A stretch of DNA of 63,009 bases, the filler included, from Craspedostauros australis (taxonomy: Eukaryota): assembly GCA_030167865.1 (NCBI GenBank). It is 21 parts of 21 records of this genome, joined end to end, with 100 filler letters (N's around TTAATTAATTAA, not from the genome) between each part and the next. Parts side by side here need not be neighbours in the genome. Positions count along the whole stretch, not along the records: positions 33,053 to 47,046 come from JALAGF010002521.1; 20 more parts are not named here. One strand, written 5' to 3'. Numbering within the stretch: the first letter of the stretch is position 1; the number at the start of each line of letters is the position of its first letter. Below are positions 34,375-45,742 of this stretch, piece by piece. The notes under the pieces were generated by a model. It had not been told where the DNA came from. It did no database searches and saw nothing but the letters and a program-made list of their open reading frames with translations. A program made the position numbers and the translations under genes.

Positions 34375-36062
34375 ATGATCTTCATCTTCTTCGCCGCGAT
34401 GGTGTCCATCACCGTCATCGTGACAATCCTCCTGCGCGAATTCTACTCACGCCGCGAACACGACGTCGGTCCTTGCTGCTGCTGCTTCCCCTTCTTCCAA
34501 CGACGACGCCGGCGACACCTGCAGGGTCTGCATGCTTCCGACGATGGCGAAACGGCTCAGGTTCGATCCGATCGAGAATTCGCACAACAGGTCTTCCGAC
34601 AGCTGCAAACGGAGATGCGCGAAGAGCAGAAGATCGCGAGACGTCAGGAACGTCGGGCGTGGTACGAGCTGTATCTCAAGCCTTTCACGATGGTGCGTAT
34701 CGTACAGTGACGTGTCGTATCGTGACATCTCGTGCTGTGTTGTGTCGTGCTGTGTGTTTGGGTGAAGAGCGGAGCCGAGTACAGGCGTTTCGGTATGACC
34801 GTTTCAGTATGAACGTTTGGGTGCAGGTTTGCAACTGTTCTCGCCATTGTTCCTCGCCATTCCAAGTGCATGCACCGTTGGCATGTGTTTGGTTTCCTCT
34901 TCCCTTCACACCATCCTCCATGTACGGCTGGAGTATTGGCACACTCATTGAGTACTACCTGTCCAAAAAGACGCCGACTCACTCACACGACTTGGTTCGG
35001 CACACGCCACATCATGCTTCGCCACGCTGGTACGTACCCCTTTCCCGCATGGAATTCCATTCCGCCACATTTTCTCACTTGCAGGTGGCGACCACAGAAG
35101 ACTTCGTTGACGTTCGCGATGACGTCAATGACAATGTCAATACAAACGGTGACGCTGCTACTACCGAGAAAGAGAATAACAACGACGAAGCTGCGGATGT
35201 GGAAAACCAAATTCCCTCATCTGGCATGCAACAGCCATCCACCGTGGCAACGTCATCAGCAACTTCAACACCTCCGCCTCTGCCAAGACCATGCAGAAGA
35301 CCGTTCCGGGCATCGTCCACGTGCACAGAAACGGAATGCACATGCGACACATCGGAGGCGTTCACATGCGGCATGTGCGTTGATGAAGGCATCAATGATG
35401 ACGATGACGACGACGATGACATCCTTGCAAAAGGAAAGGACAAGACATCATCATCCACGTCGTCGTCCACATCCGTCGCATCCTCCTCCAACGAGGAAAC
35501 GGACGACGGCGCTGTCTTCCTCGACGATGACGATCAGAACGACACGCTTCGAGTTCGATTGCCACTCACCGCCTGTCAACATCACCATGGCTGCAACATC
35601 GAAGGGGAACAACGACTTGTCGACGCCCACTGCGCCATCTGCCTCGGCGTCTACGAGGCCGACGATCAGGTCGTTTGGTCCAACTTGAAATGTCGCCACG
35701 CCTTTCATTACGATTGCATACTGCCATGGCTCATCAAGGGGAAGAAGCGGTGTCCCATCTGCCGCCATTGGTTCGTGCCGAGCCAACTCATTCACGAGCA
35801 GAAAGCGGAATGGGAGAGGCGGCAGCAGCATGAACAGACCGAGGCATCGACATGCACGCAGCGCACGGAATCGCGATCCAGTTCCATGGATCTGTCACGC
35901 GCCGATTCGATGCTTCCATCGGCCGATTCCAATGACGACGAAAATGCTGATGACATGGAGAATGGCGATGTGAACGTTAACGACAACGTTGGCGACAACG
36001 ACAGCAACAGCAATGACGATGACAACACTCAGAACAATAACAATGACGAAAACATTGTTTAG
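34375..36062 (+). CDS. Transmembrane RING-H2 E3 ubiquitin ligase (ATL-like); exons 34375..34692 and 35085..36062
   Basis: N-terminal TM MIFIFFAAMVSITVIVTILL; phase-0 intron GTGCGT..CTCACTTGCAG (34693-35084); CAICL..CRHAFHYDCILPWL..RCPICR. Confidence 0.88.
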
Positions 36063-36124
36063 ATTTGAGGAAGGTTAAAATAATAATTAGATCCGCATCG
36101 CCTGCTTCCTCTTCATTCATGTAA

Positions 36125-36333
36125 AGTATGGTATCGTGTTCACTGCGTTGTGCTTATGGCGGTGATGACTGCAGATTCAAGGATATAGAAGCCTGCAGCT
36201 GCGCCAGCAATGAACCCATTCAATAGTCAAGTATGGCATCGTGTTCACTGCGTTGTGCTTATGGTGGTGACGACTGCAGATTCAAGGATATAGAAGCCTG
36301 TAGCTGCGCCAGCAATGAACTCATTCAATAGTC
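36125..36333. repeat. Two ~105-bp direct tandem repeats between convergent genes
   Basis: AGTATGG(T/C)ATCGTGTTCACTGCG...ATTCAATAGTC occurs twice with a few substitutions. Confidence 0.9.
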
Positions 36334-36357
36334 TGGAGCACGTATTGCTCCTCATTC

Positions 36358-39051
36358 TCATCCACGCAAATTCTTGTGTTCCACCGACAATGGCATTGGC
36401 ATTGCTGCTGCAGCCACTGGAACGTCCAACTCAAACATTCCAAGACGACCATTCATTGCTGACGGACAATCCTCCGGCACGGGCAATGGGCAGATGGGAT
36501 CGAATTCGTAGTTGTACAGCTCGCCGCCCGCCACATCCATGCACAGATCGCCGGCCACGATCATGCGTCCGCTGTGACCAGGAAAGGTGATGTTCACATC
36601 GCCGAACGGCACCACGACGCTGCCTCGGAATTGGCCGTTGCCCAGCAACCCATCTCCCAGCACGACCGTGTCCGTGGCGTTGTAGAAATTCCACAAGATG
36701 TTGGCCGTCACGTCGCTGTCAAAGTCAAAGTCCGTGTTGCCGAACGGGTCGATGAACTTGGCGATGTTGGCGATCGTCACGATGCCGTCAGCGGATGCGG
36801 CGACGTTGATCAGGACCGTCTTGCACGACAGAGTCGAATCGAGCTGGATCAGAGTTCCGAAATCGCGAAAGTCGAGGTCGTCGTGTTCCAGATGGAAGAC
36901 CTGCAAGCAGTCATCATCACCGGCGAGCAATTCGACGCGGTTGCCCGTGAAGTGCTCATCGCGCGAAATGAAGACGCCGTTGGCGGGGAGTTCGGACCAG
37001 TACTTGGATTTGGTCTGCAGGTCGGTGAGGGCCGTGGTGTATTTGTCGAGGTTGACGGGCGACTGCTGTTGCGTGATGTTGCCGCCCAAGGTGGTGATCT
37101 TTCCCGTGCCCGTGTTGTCGCCACCGTACACAACGTTCACTCGTTGCAAGATGGCAACATCCTTGCGGATATCCAGATCCTGACCCACGAGCAGCACATC
37201 CGTGCCATCGTTGGGAACGACCTGAGATCCAAATCCGGCGCGCACCAAGGAATTGAATCCGGACACGATGCGGAAGCTTCCCACCGTCACGATCTTACCT
37301 TCGATTTCGGCACCGTCCTTGCCCACGAAGTCGCCACCGACGAGGACGGAGACCGAATCGTCGCGTCCCAGCGGGACGAGGCTGGTTTGGATCTTGGGGT
37401 ACGTGGTGACGTTGCCACTGCCTTCGCTGAAGCAAGCGCCAAGGTTTGGTGGGCAGGTAGATGTGACATTGGTCGGTGGCAGACAGATGCACATCCCGGC
37501 GATGGCTGGTCCGGATAGGGCAGCGCTGGGTGCCAGGGTTGGCGCTGGCGTTGGGGTCGGTGCCATGCTGGAAAGCGAATCGAGGTAGGTCTCCGTCCAC
37601 AATTCGTCTTCCTCAAGAACGCTGTCGGCAATTGCGTTGGCCAGATCTTCCTCAATCGTGCTCGTCTTGACGATACAGATACCTTCGGTCGCGAACATGG
37701 GCGTGGGTGCCTGCGATGGGACTTGCGATGGCTGGGATGTGGCTTCGGGAATGGGACAGAGCTCAGGGAGAGGCAATGGGCAGAAAGGATCGAATTCGTA
37801 GTTGTGCAATTCGCTGGACTGCCAATCTTGGCAGACGTCGCCCTGCACGAGGATACGCCCGCTGTGTCCCGGGAAGGAGATGGTCAAGCTGCCGTGCGGA
37901 ACGAGCAGGCTGCCTTGGAACTGGCCGTTGCCGGTGAGGCCGTCACCGAGGATGACCTCTTGTGCATCATAGAAGTTCCATAGGATGTTGGCGGTGGTAT
38001 CGGCGTTGAACTGAAAGTCGGTGTCGCCGAATGGATCGATGAACTTGGCGAGATTGGCAATAGTCGCGGTGCCGTTGGCGTCGCTCTTAATGTTGAGGAG
38101 GATGGTCTTGTCTGCCAAGTTGGGATTGAGCTGCACCAAGGTCCCGAAATCGCGGAAGTTGAGATCATCGGAATCGATGTGGTAGACTTGGAGGCAGTCG
38201 GTGTCCCCGGCGAGAAGCTCGACGCGATTTCCAGTTGGGTGTTCATCGCGCGTGATGAAGATGCCGTTGGCTGGGAGGTTGGACCAGAACTCAGCCTTGA
38301 CCTTTGCATCCTCGAGGATGCCCCTGTACTTGGCGAAGGAAAGGCTGCGATCGCGTGTGACGTTGCCCTTCGTAAAGATGGCACCTTGACCGAGGTTGCC
38401 GCCTCTGTGCACGACGTTGACACCGTCTCCGGAGAAGGAAACAGTGATGTCGGTATCCATTGCGAGGTTGCCACCGACGATGACGGCGTCTTCACCATCG
38501 TTCGGGATGACATTCGAGCCAAAACCAGAACGAACGAGCGAAGTGAATCCCGAACCGCTGAGGATGTTGAAATCTCCTATAGTCACAATCTTCCCTTCGA
38601 TCTCAACCCCCCGCTTGCCGAAGAAGTTCCCGCCGATGAGAAGGGAGACAGAATCGTCACGGCCGAGAATGTTTGGCCCTGCTTGAATGAGTGGGTAGGT
38701 ATCCAGGCTTCCAAGTCCGGTACCTTCGCTGATGCAATCACCAAGGTTCGGTGGACAGTTGGTGGTGGAGGATGGCGTAGGTGTTGGGCACACACAAAAT
38801 CCTGGTGTGTATGCGGTAGGAGCGCCAGTAGGTCCAGCGATGGTGGCAGCCGTTGGTTCTGAGGTTGGCGGGAGGCTCGAGATGGTATCGGAGAGGGTCC
38901 GCAACCACACGGATTCCTCCTCCAACTGGGCTTGATCGACATCATGATCGATGTTGAGGATGGGACCAGCGTTGGAGTTCCATCCTGAAACCCATCCGGG
39001 ATGGAGAAGGAGGGATGCCGGAAGCAGGCTCAAGGGCAAAGAAATCTTCAT
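36358..39051 (-). CDS. Secreted protein with two tandem choice-of-anchor A (ice-binding-like beta-solenoid) domains; trailin-like adhesin candidate
   Basis: Signal peptide MKISLPLSLLPASLLL; LRTL (RXL) site; PT-rich linkers; duplicated domain DSVS.L.GG.F...EIEGK...ANILWNFY.A...QF.GS...P.G...GHSGR...EL.NYEFDP. Confidence 0.85.
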   Translation of the reverse strand: MKISLPLSLLPASLLLHPGWVSGWNSNAGPILNIDHDVDQAQLEEESVWLRTLSDTISSLPPTSEPTAATIAGPTGAPTAYTPGFCVCPTPTPSSTTNCPPNLGDCISEGTGLGSLDTYPLIQAGPNILGRDDSVSLLIGGNFFGKRGVEIEGKIVTIGDFNILSGSGFTSLVRSGFGSNVIPNDGEDAVIVGGNLAMDTDITVSFSGDGVNVVHRGGNLGQGAIFTKGNVTRDRSLSFAKYRGILEDAKVKAEFWSNLPANGIFITRDEHPTGNRVELLAGDTDCLQVYHIDSDDLNFRDFGTLVQLNPNLADKTILLNIKSDANGTATIANLAKFIDPFGDTDFQFNADTTANILWNFYDAQEVILGDGLTGNGQFQGSLLVPHGSLTISFPGHSGRILVQGDVCQDWQSSELHNYEFDPFCPLPLPELCPIPEATSQPSQVPSQAPTPMFATEGICIVKTSTIEEDLANAIADSVLEEDELWTETYLDSLSSMAPTPTPAPTLAPSAALSGPAIAGMCICLPPTNVTSTCPPNLGACFSEGSGNVTTYPKIQTSLVPLGRDDSVSVLVGGDFVGKDGAEIEGKIVTVGSFRIVSGFNSLVRAGFGSQVVPNDGTDVLLVGQDLDIRKDVAILQRVNVVYGGDNTGTGKITTLGGNITQQQSPVNLDKYTTALTDLQTKSKYWSELPANGVFISRDEHFTGNRVELLAGDDDCLQVFHLEHDDLDFRDFGTLIQLDSTLSCKTVLINVAASADGIVTIANIAKFIDPFGNTDFDFDSDVTANILWNFYNATDTVVLGDGLLGNGQFRGSVVVPFGDVNITFPGHSGRMIVAGDLCMDVAGGELYNYEFDPICPLPVPEDCPSAMNGRLGMFELDVPVAAAAMPMPLSVEHKNLRG

Positions 39052-40687
39052 GTTGCGATTGGGTGGGGTCGAACCGGTGGGAAGAACTGAATTGTGAGCA
39101 GTCGATAGGCAAGACCAGGAAGTCTGGTGTGGAGCAGTTGGATTTGCGTTGTGTTGTGGTGTGATGTGATGTGCTGCGTAATCCATGCGATGCGATGAGC
39201 AACGCGGAAGAGTCAAGGGAGAGCATTGGATGTGGTGAAGGTTGGCCGATGGAGCTTGAATCCCACCGGTGGCTTCAGTTTGCTGATGGATCGATATGCT
39301 TCCTCTTGTCTTTGTCTTGATTTTGGGAGCACATCTTTCCCACGCGCAGCCTTCATCATGCTGCCTCTCGCTCGCTCCCACGTGCGCACATGTGCACATG
39401 CATACATGAAGCCATATCCTGCCTGTCTTCTGTGGGATATTGGTGCCGTTGACCATGCCTCGTCTATCATCTGATCGCCACCTCCGTCGCCAACCTCCAC
39501 TCCCTTTCTTCACCTCTCGCCAACAGGCTCTGTCTATCCTCCTGTGTCTTTCGCTGCTCACTGCTCGCCGCTCGCTTCTTCCTTCTCACGGCTCACCCAT
39601 CGCTCCTTGCATTCCCATCTACCCACCACCAATCCCGCCCTCGCTCTTTCCCTCCCACTGTCTCCCTCGCTTCCCCTCGTCTCTCTCGACTGCAGAAATC
39701 GGCGACGACCCCGTCAAACACCCATCAGCAATCATTGGGAATCACCAAAGACAAAGATAAAGGCAAACACAAGCAGACCCAACAGTCGAAGAACCGACCA
39801 AGTCAACATGCGCAAACACACAAAGCCAGAAAGTGGCAACGGATTCCCGGTGGTGCCGGTTTGCAATCCCATCGCAGAAACGAATGGGACATGTGGCGGC
39901 TTCAGCTTGACATTGAAGGGGGGATAATCCTCGCTATGTCCATCGCCGGAGGAGTTGGAGTTGTCATCGCGTGCAAGACAATTGCCTAACAATGTATAAC
40001 ATAATAGAATGGATGAACGATGCCGTCCCTCTCTGGTGGGAGCTCAGCCCTCCGACAATGTGTGTGTTCCTCATGAGTCGATCCCAAGAAGGGCCGTTTT
40101 GCCTCATTGTCCCAGTTTTATGGTGTATGGAAGTTTCTGTAGAGTGGGACAATAAGTGGTAGCATCTTCTTTGTGTGGTGACTGGATGGATACGCGTGTG
40201 TGTGTGAATGTGTGGGTGGGGAGGCACCCCACATCCTCGTACCGTCCGAGTAGTCTGGAGAACACTCGCGACTTTGATGCAAGTGTAGAGCAAATGAAGA
40301 GATCAACGGTCGTTGTTGTGTATTTGTCTTTGTGTGGCTTGGTGGGAATCTGCACGCGTGTCGCATTTTGTCGTTCGTGACACGAAGAAATTGATTTGGC
40401 GCCATTTTGGTTTTCATTCGAGATGGTCCATACATACAGTGTGCAACGAGTGTAGAGAGCAGAGTAGATCTGGAGCACGGTTTTGGGTGGATGCATGGGG
40501 CAAATGTCAAAGCAAAGAAGGGAGCTTGAGTAAAGCATAGTAGAGTAGAGTATATCAATCGTACATCACAAGAGAGAGTTGGAGTGTATTACAATTGATG
40601 ACACTCTTACGTGCACACGCTCGTACTTGCCATCGCCTCCCCCGCGTCGCTCAATGTCTTGGTACGCACCATAGAGTAGTCCGGAGC

Positions 40688-42454
40688 TCACCAACCACTG
40701 AAGTTGCCGAAGGTGGTCTTCGCTGGTGCATTCTTCGGTGCCTTGACCTTCAACTGTCGCAGATCGGCGAGGCCATCATCATCGTTCTTGCCATCTTTAT
40801 CATCCTTGTTCTTGTCCTTGACGTCATCTTCCGCATCGGCGGCTTGCTTCAAGTACTTGCCAACGCTGGATTCCTTCTTGGCCTTCTTTCTCTTCTTCTT
40901 GGAGCCGATGTCGGCCGACGATTTGGACTTCCTTCCCAGTTTGCGGTTCTGTTCCTCCAACCGTTCCTGCCATCGCTGTTCCAACCGTTGCATTTCAAAG
41001 TCGTACGCCTCCTTGGCAGGATTGACGAGGATGACGGTCTTCTCAATAATGATGGAATCGAGCGGTCGATTCTTCTTGTCGGTGGGTTGCTGCTCCATCT
41101 TCTTGACGATATCGAGACCCTTGATGACGCTGCCAAAGACGGAATGCTTGCGATCCAAATGCGGACACGATTTGAAGGTGATGAAGAATTGACGCTGGTT
41201 CGTCTTGGGCCCCGCGTTGGCCATGCTGAGCATGCCACCGCCCGTGTGCTTCAATCGATCGTCAAACTCATCCTCGAATGGCGTGCCCCACAGACTGACA
41301 TCGTCGGCTTCATCGTTGGCCTTGCCACCTTGGATCATGAAATTGCGAATGAGGCGATGGAATTTGGTGCCGTTGTACTTGTTTTGTTCGCATAGACCGA
41401 GGAAATTGGTGCACGTGCGCGGCACAATATCGCAGTGCAATTCAAGGAGGAGGAGGCCCAAGTTGGTGTGCAGCCGGACGTAACCCTTCCTGTTGGTGCC
41501 TTCATCCTTCTGTTGCTTCTGCTGCTGCTGGTACTTGAGCGGCTGTCCACGCATGACGCGGAATTGGGATTGCAGGATTTCTTCTTCCGTGGCCTCGCGT
41601 CCCGTGTTGTCGACCTGCACCTCCATGGATGTGGAAGTGAAGGAGGATGATGATTTGCCGGACGTGTACTTAATTCCAGTGACATCTTCGGCGAGAATTT
41701 TGAAATTGCGCTTCGGTCTGTTGCTCGCCTTTGCGGCTGCTGCCTCGGCTTCTTCGTCGGCCTTCTTCTTCTGACGATCCTCCTCCGCTTTGGTGGCTTT
41801 ATCCTTTTGGATCTTGTCCATGATGCGTGTCGCCGTCACGCTGTGGCGCACGTTGGTCTCCTTGCTGGACTTCTTGATGTGTCGTGCATTCTTGATGTGC
41901 CAGAAGGTGGAGACATCGCGCTGCTTCTGGAAGGCCTCGTTGGATGGATCATTGAGGATGAGGACGTCCTTCTTGGGATGAAATGGCTTGCCCGTCGTGA
42001 GATCGGTCCAGTTCTTGCTTTGCACGTTGAGCTCCTTGTAGGCCTCGTAGGAGTAGACGTAGGCCGACTTGGTCTCACGATCGCGGATGGCGACCACCTT
42101 GGTGTGATCGTGGAATGCCTTGGTGATGATGGGACACTGCCAGCGACCTTCATCGTCCTTGTCCATGTGCAGCGTGATGATGTCCTTCTTCCCGCATGGT
42201 TGTCCGGTGACCGGATCCTTCTTGTTGTCCAGCAGGAAGGTGATGAGGGCGGTCTTGTCGAAGACGATGCCCTTCGATGTGCAAACCGGGTCCTTGAACG
42301 GAACGAGCGTCAATGCGCAGCTCTTGAAGGATATCTTGCGCTGGACGGTGCCGAGGTTGTGCGTGTTGCTGCCGATCCGACCAGATCTCAGCATGGAGTT
42401 CGACTTGTGCTCCCGCGCCGATTGATACTGCTTGTCTTTTCCAGCTTTCGGCAT
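40688..42454 (-). CDS. PPIL2: Cyclophilin-type PPIase with N-terminal U-box/RING-like region (PPIL2/CYP60/CYP65)
   Basis: CALTLVPFKDPVC..PVTG; WQCPI; FHRLIRNFMIQGG; LSMANAGPKTNQRQFFITF; HLDRKHSVFG. Confidence 0.93.
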   Translation of the reverse strand: MPKAGKDKQYQSAREHKSNSMLRSGRIGSNTHNLGTVQRKISFKSCALTLVPFKDPVCTSKGIVFDKTALITFLLDNKKDPVTGQPCGKKDIITLHMDKDDEGRWQCPIITKAFHDHTKVVAIRDRETKSAYVYSYEAYKELNVQSKNWTDLTTGKPFHPKKDVLILNDPSNEAFQKQRDVSTFWHIKNARHIKKSSKETNVRHSVTATRIMDKIQKDKATKAEEDRQKKKADEEAEAAAAKASNRPKRNFKILAEDVTGIKYTSGKSSSSFTSTSMEVQVDNTGREATEEEILQSQFRVMRGQPLKYQQQQKQQKDEGTNRKGYVRLHTNLGLLLLELHCDIVPRTCTNFLGLCEQNKYNGTKFHRLIRNFMIQGGKANDEADDVSLWGTPFEDEFDDRLKHTGGGMLSMANAGPKTNQRQFFITFKSCPHLDRKHSVFGSVIKGLDIVKKMEQQPTDKKNRPLDSIIIEKTVILVNPAKEAYDFEMQRLEQRWQERLEEQNRKLGRKSKSSADIGSKKKRKKAKKESSVGKYLKQAADAEDDVKDKNKDDKDGKNDDDGLADLRQLKVKAPKNAPAKTTFGNFSGW

Positions 42455-43046
42455 CTTGTCGGATTCTTCACTTGCGTCGAGCGATTGCTTGCAGGATGGT
42501 GTCTAATTCGTTGCAGTGGTTGTTGTTGTGGATGTGGACGTTCGGGGTGGTGAGAGCAATTAATGCCGAGCGGGCAGAGTGTGGTAGTAGTGCGAGTAGT
42601 AGTACTCTAACTGGGTGCGTCACAGTGATGTGATGTGAGGCGTGTTGTGTCGGTTGAATGGGAGAAGAAGCCGCAGAAAAAGCAGGAAGAGGATTGTGTT
42701 TTGGCTGGTGTTGGGCGTATCACTGTTTTGGTAATGACACTTGTCGAATTAGAGGGTATCTTGAGTTTCTCTTTCGTTCACACTTGTTGATTTTGCAAAG
42801 AGCTAATCAAATGAAGAAAGATCCGCAACGGACACGTTGGTCCTGTTCGCGATGGCAACTCGAAGATACCAACGAGAGGGCAAGGAGGATCTGGTCGGAG
42901 GATCAGTCATCACAAGAAGGGGCATCCAATCGTACAATACGTGCAGTGCGACTTACACTCACACCAACCATACATGCATGCATACATACCTACTCGTACG
43001 AGTTCGAGTACCTCTGTTGGACCCAGGATCAGAGTCGGAATAGATC

Positions 43047-44531
43047 ATGGTCCAGGCATCAGCAGAATGGCTGCACGACATCATTGAGTCGTCACGTTGC
43101 AGTGCTTGCCACAAGCCTCCGTCGGCCAATGCCAAGCTGAAGACCTGCAGCCGCTGCCATGCTGTCTACTATCACGATCGGGCCTGCCAAACGGCCGGCT
43201 GGAAGCAGCACAAGCTCAAGTGCCGCAAGTACGCGGAGGCTTTGTCGCCGTTGGTGCCACTGATGTCCGCATCAAGGTCCAACCACGACGATGATGTCGT
43301 GTTGTTGCGACGGCTGGCATGGACGATGCGCAATCACGCGCAGGAGATGGACACAAGATGGCGACGAGGATGCAGACTGTGGAATGATCAGCAACAATAT
43401 CTGGAGGCCATGTCCATCTTTCAATCCGCGATGCGTCCTGTTCGCGATGTGGGGTTCAGCAGCAGTGATTGTCCTGATGCCATTCCACACGACGACAATG
43501 ATGCAACCCATCAACACAGATTTTGGAGCACGGCCATCCTTGTGGCACGGCGGTTGCTCTTCGTTGCGTACTGTGAAATGGATGGACAACAAATCCGCGA
43601 TGGTCGTTCGGCGTTGTGTCTATGCCTGAGGATACTTCTGGCATGTCCCAAATACCACGATAGCAATGGGGATCGGTCGACATTGATCGACGATGCATTC
43701 CTGGAGCTCACAATGAGTTACGAGGAAGATGACGATCCCCATCTCAGCATGATTGGTGCACGGCAGGTGGCACAGCTGGCCGTGCAATCCAACAACGCAT
43801 GCGGTTGGACCACACCGTATCAACGGCCAGGGTATATGGCGCAGATGGTCTCCAACAACTCTCCTGCCAGAGAAGGCAGTCGCACCGACAGCAACGCAAC
43901 GTGCTTCATCGAGAGAGAGCATCACCCGCAATGGTGCCGCACGTTGGAGAAGCATTGGAAAATCATTTTGGAAGACTACCAATCGTTGCGACAATCCGCA
44001 TCGGACTGGTCCACCGTGGGTTCGGGCGGCCGCGGTTCCGGCGAGACCGATCATCGCGTCGTGGATACTGGAGATTGGAAAGAGTACGTCCTGTTCGGCA
44101 CGTCCGAAACGGACGACCCGCGTGTGCGACGCACGAAACAACTGATCCAACGTCACTGTCCCGACGCCATCGACTTGGCACGACGCGGCGGCGGCGAGAT
44201 CATCTTCAGCCGTTTGGATCCGAACACGCATATCCAAGCGCATTGCGGCACGACCAACTTACGATGGACGGCGCACATGGGGCTCGTCGTGCCGCCGGGC
44301 GTGTGTCGCATTCGCGTTCAGGATCGATGGTATGGTTGGGATGTGGGCAAGTGGATCGTCTTTGATGATTCGTACGAGCATGAGGTCCGCAATGATGATC
44401 CTACTCACTCACGTGCGGTGCTGCTGTTGCGATTTTGGCATCCAACGGTTGCGCAGCGCACGTGGCATTTGGAGATGGCGCAGCAGAAGAAGAAAGAGAA
44501 CATCGACAAGCGGTACAAGGCGCCGAGTTGA
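43047..44531 (+). CDS. MYND zinc finger fused to aspartyl/asparaginyl beta-hydroxylase domain
   Basis: CSAC..CSRC..YHDRACQ..W..HK..C; FSRLDPNTHIQAHCGTTNLRWTAHMGL; FDDSYEHEV; RAVLLLRFWHP. Confidence 0.9.
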   Translation: MVQASAEWLHDIIESSRCSACHKPPSANAKLKTCSRCHAVYYHDRACQTAGWKQHKLKCRKYAEALSPLVPLMSASRSNHDDDVVLLRRLAWTMRNHAQEMDTRWRRGCRLWNDQQQYLEAMSIFQSAMRPVRDVGFSSSDCPDAIPHDDNDATHQHRFWSTAILVARRLLFVAYCEMDGQQIRDGRSALCLCLRILLACPKYHDSNGDRSTLIDDAFLELTMSYEEDDDPHLSMIGARQVAQLAVQSNNACGWTTPYQRPGYMAQMVSNNSPAREGSRTDSNATCFIEREHHPQWCRTLEKHWKIILEDYQSLRQSASDWSTVGSGGRGSGETDHRVVDTGDWKEYVLFGTSETDDPRVRRTKQLIQRHCPDAIDLARRGGGEIIFSRLDPNTHIQAHCGTTNLRWTAHMGLVVPPGVCRIRVQDRWYGWDVGKWIVFDDSYEHEVRNDDPTHSRAVLLLRFWHPTVAQRTWHLEMAQQKKKENIDKRYKAPS

Positions 44532-44827
44532 GACGGTGTGCTCTCTCCAGAATAGAGTAGAGTAGAGCAGAGCAGAGTATGGTCGAGGCAATAGAGCAAT
44601 AGAATGCGGTGACACTCTGCGGATAGAGATTATTAGTACGCAAGGCTGGAATATTTTGTGTGTAGATCATGTGCATTCGTGCGACGATTGTCGTCTGCTG
44701 TTCTGCTTACACGAAGAGCCGTTGGTCGCAGGTCGTAGAGTCAACAGTTTTTTCCACAGCAATCGCTATTTGTTCTTCGGCTGCGAGTTCCACATCCATG
44801 TATGCATGTATGCAAGTATACACCGCA

Positions 44828-45619
44828 CTACCACTTCAAATTGGCAAGCGATCGATTGAGATCGTTCATCTGCGCCTTGAGCTTTAGCTTGCGCAGTATC
44901 CTGCGTCGATGTGCGAACAACACCGCGCCTTGTTTGGTGATGTTGGAACGCTTGCGGATGATCTTGGTGCCCTGCATCGATGCCTTGATTCCAACCACGT
45001 TGACGGGTGCGCGATATAAACGCCGGTGCCGCTGTCTCTGATGGATCTTCCAGTGCGGTGTGATGGCAAAGCTGAGATCGATGCTTCTCCTTGATGGGGT
45101 CTTGCAGTTGATGCGATCGCCGCCGGCTTGACCGCCCCATTCCAACGGGAAGTCAGGAAATCCGGGCACAGGGGCCTTGGTTTTACTGTCATCGTCATGA
45201 TCGAAGCCCTCCGTCTCCACTCGATCATCGTGGTAGTGCTGTTCCCTGGCATGGCTTCGTTTCCATAGGATGCTGGGATCGTCATGCGCCATCAGTGCCT
45301 GTTTTTGCGGATTGCATCGCGAGTCAGCGTTGCCGATGTGCTTGGTGTTTGTTATGGTTGGTGTGGTCGCAGGGTCGGCGATGGCCAAGCCCTTGAGAGG
45401 CAATGCGTACAGCCCCGAATGACCGGGTGTTGAATGAAGATGCAATGGCCTACCGAACGGGATGGCATTGCTGGTGACAGTGATGCCGGTGTTGGTCGCA
45501 GTGAAGGGAGAAGGATTCGGAAGTTGTGACCGTGAATCTCGATCTCGACCTTGGCTGATGGCGAGGCTTGAGGCCATCTGCGATAGATCCTCATCGATCG
45601 TGATGCTGGTCATTGTCAT
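44828..45619 (-). CDS. Hypothetical protein
   Basis: ORF from MTMTSITIDED downstream of a microsatellite-containing UTR; basic C-terminus; no domain recognised. Confidence 0.55.
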   Translation of the reverse strand: MTMTSITIDEDLSQMASSLAISQGRDRDSRSQLPNPSPFTATNTGITVTSNAIPFGRPLHLHSTPGHSGLYALPLKGLAIADPATTPTITNTKHIGNADSRCNPQKQALMAHDDPSILWKRSHAREQHYHDDRVETEGFDHDDDSKTKAPVPGFPDFPLEWGGQAGGDRINCKTPSRRSIDLSFAITPHWKIHQRQRHRRLYRAPVNVVGIKASMQGTKIIRKRSNITKQGAVLFAHRRRILRKLKLKAQMNDLNRSLANLKW

Positions 45620-45636
45620 GGTGTGTGTGATGCTTT

Positions 45637-45742
45637 GATGTGATGTGATGTGTTGTGTTTTGTTGTGTTGTGTTGTGATGTGTGTGTGATGTGATGTGAT
45701 GTGATGTGATGTGATGTGATGTGATGTGATGTGTTGTGTTGT
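45637..45742. repeat. (GTGAT)n/(GTGTT)n microsatellite
   Basis: About 20 pentamer units. Confidence 0.92.

Noticed and set aside
34146..35084. N-terminal half of the 638-aa ORF
   Set aside because: Reads through UTR, the wrong frame of exon 1 and the intron; the spliced model gives a coherent TM-RING protein
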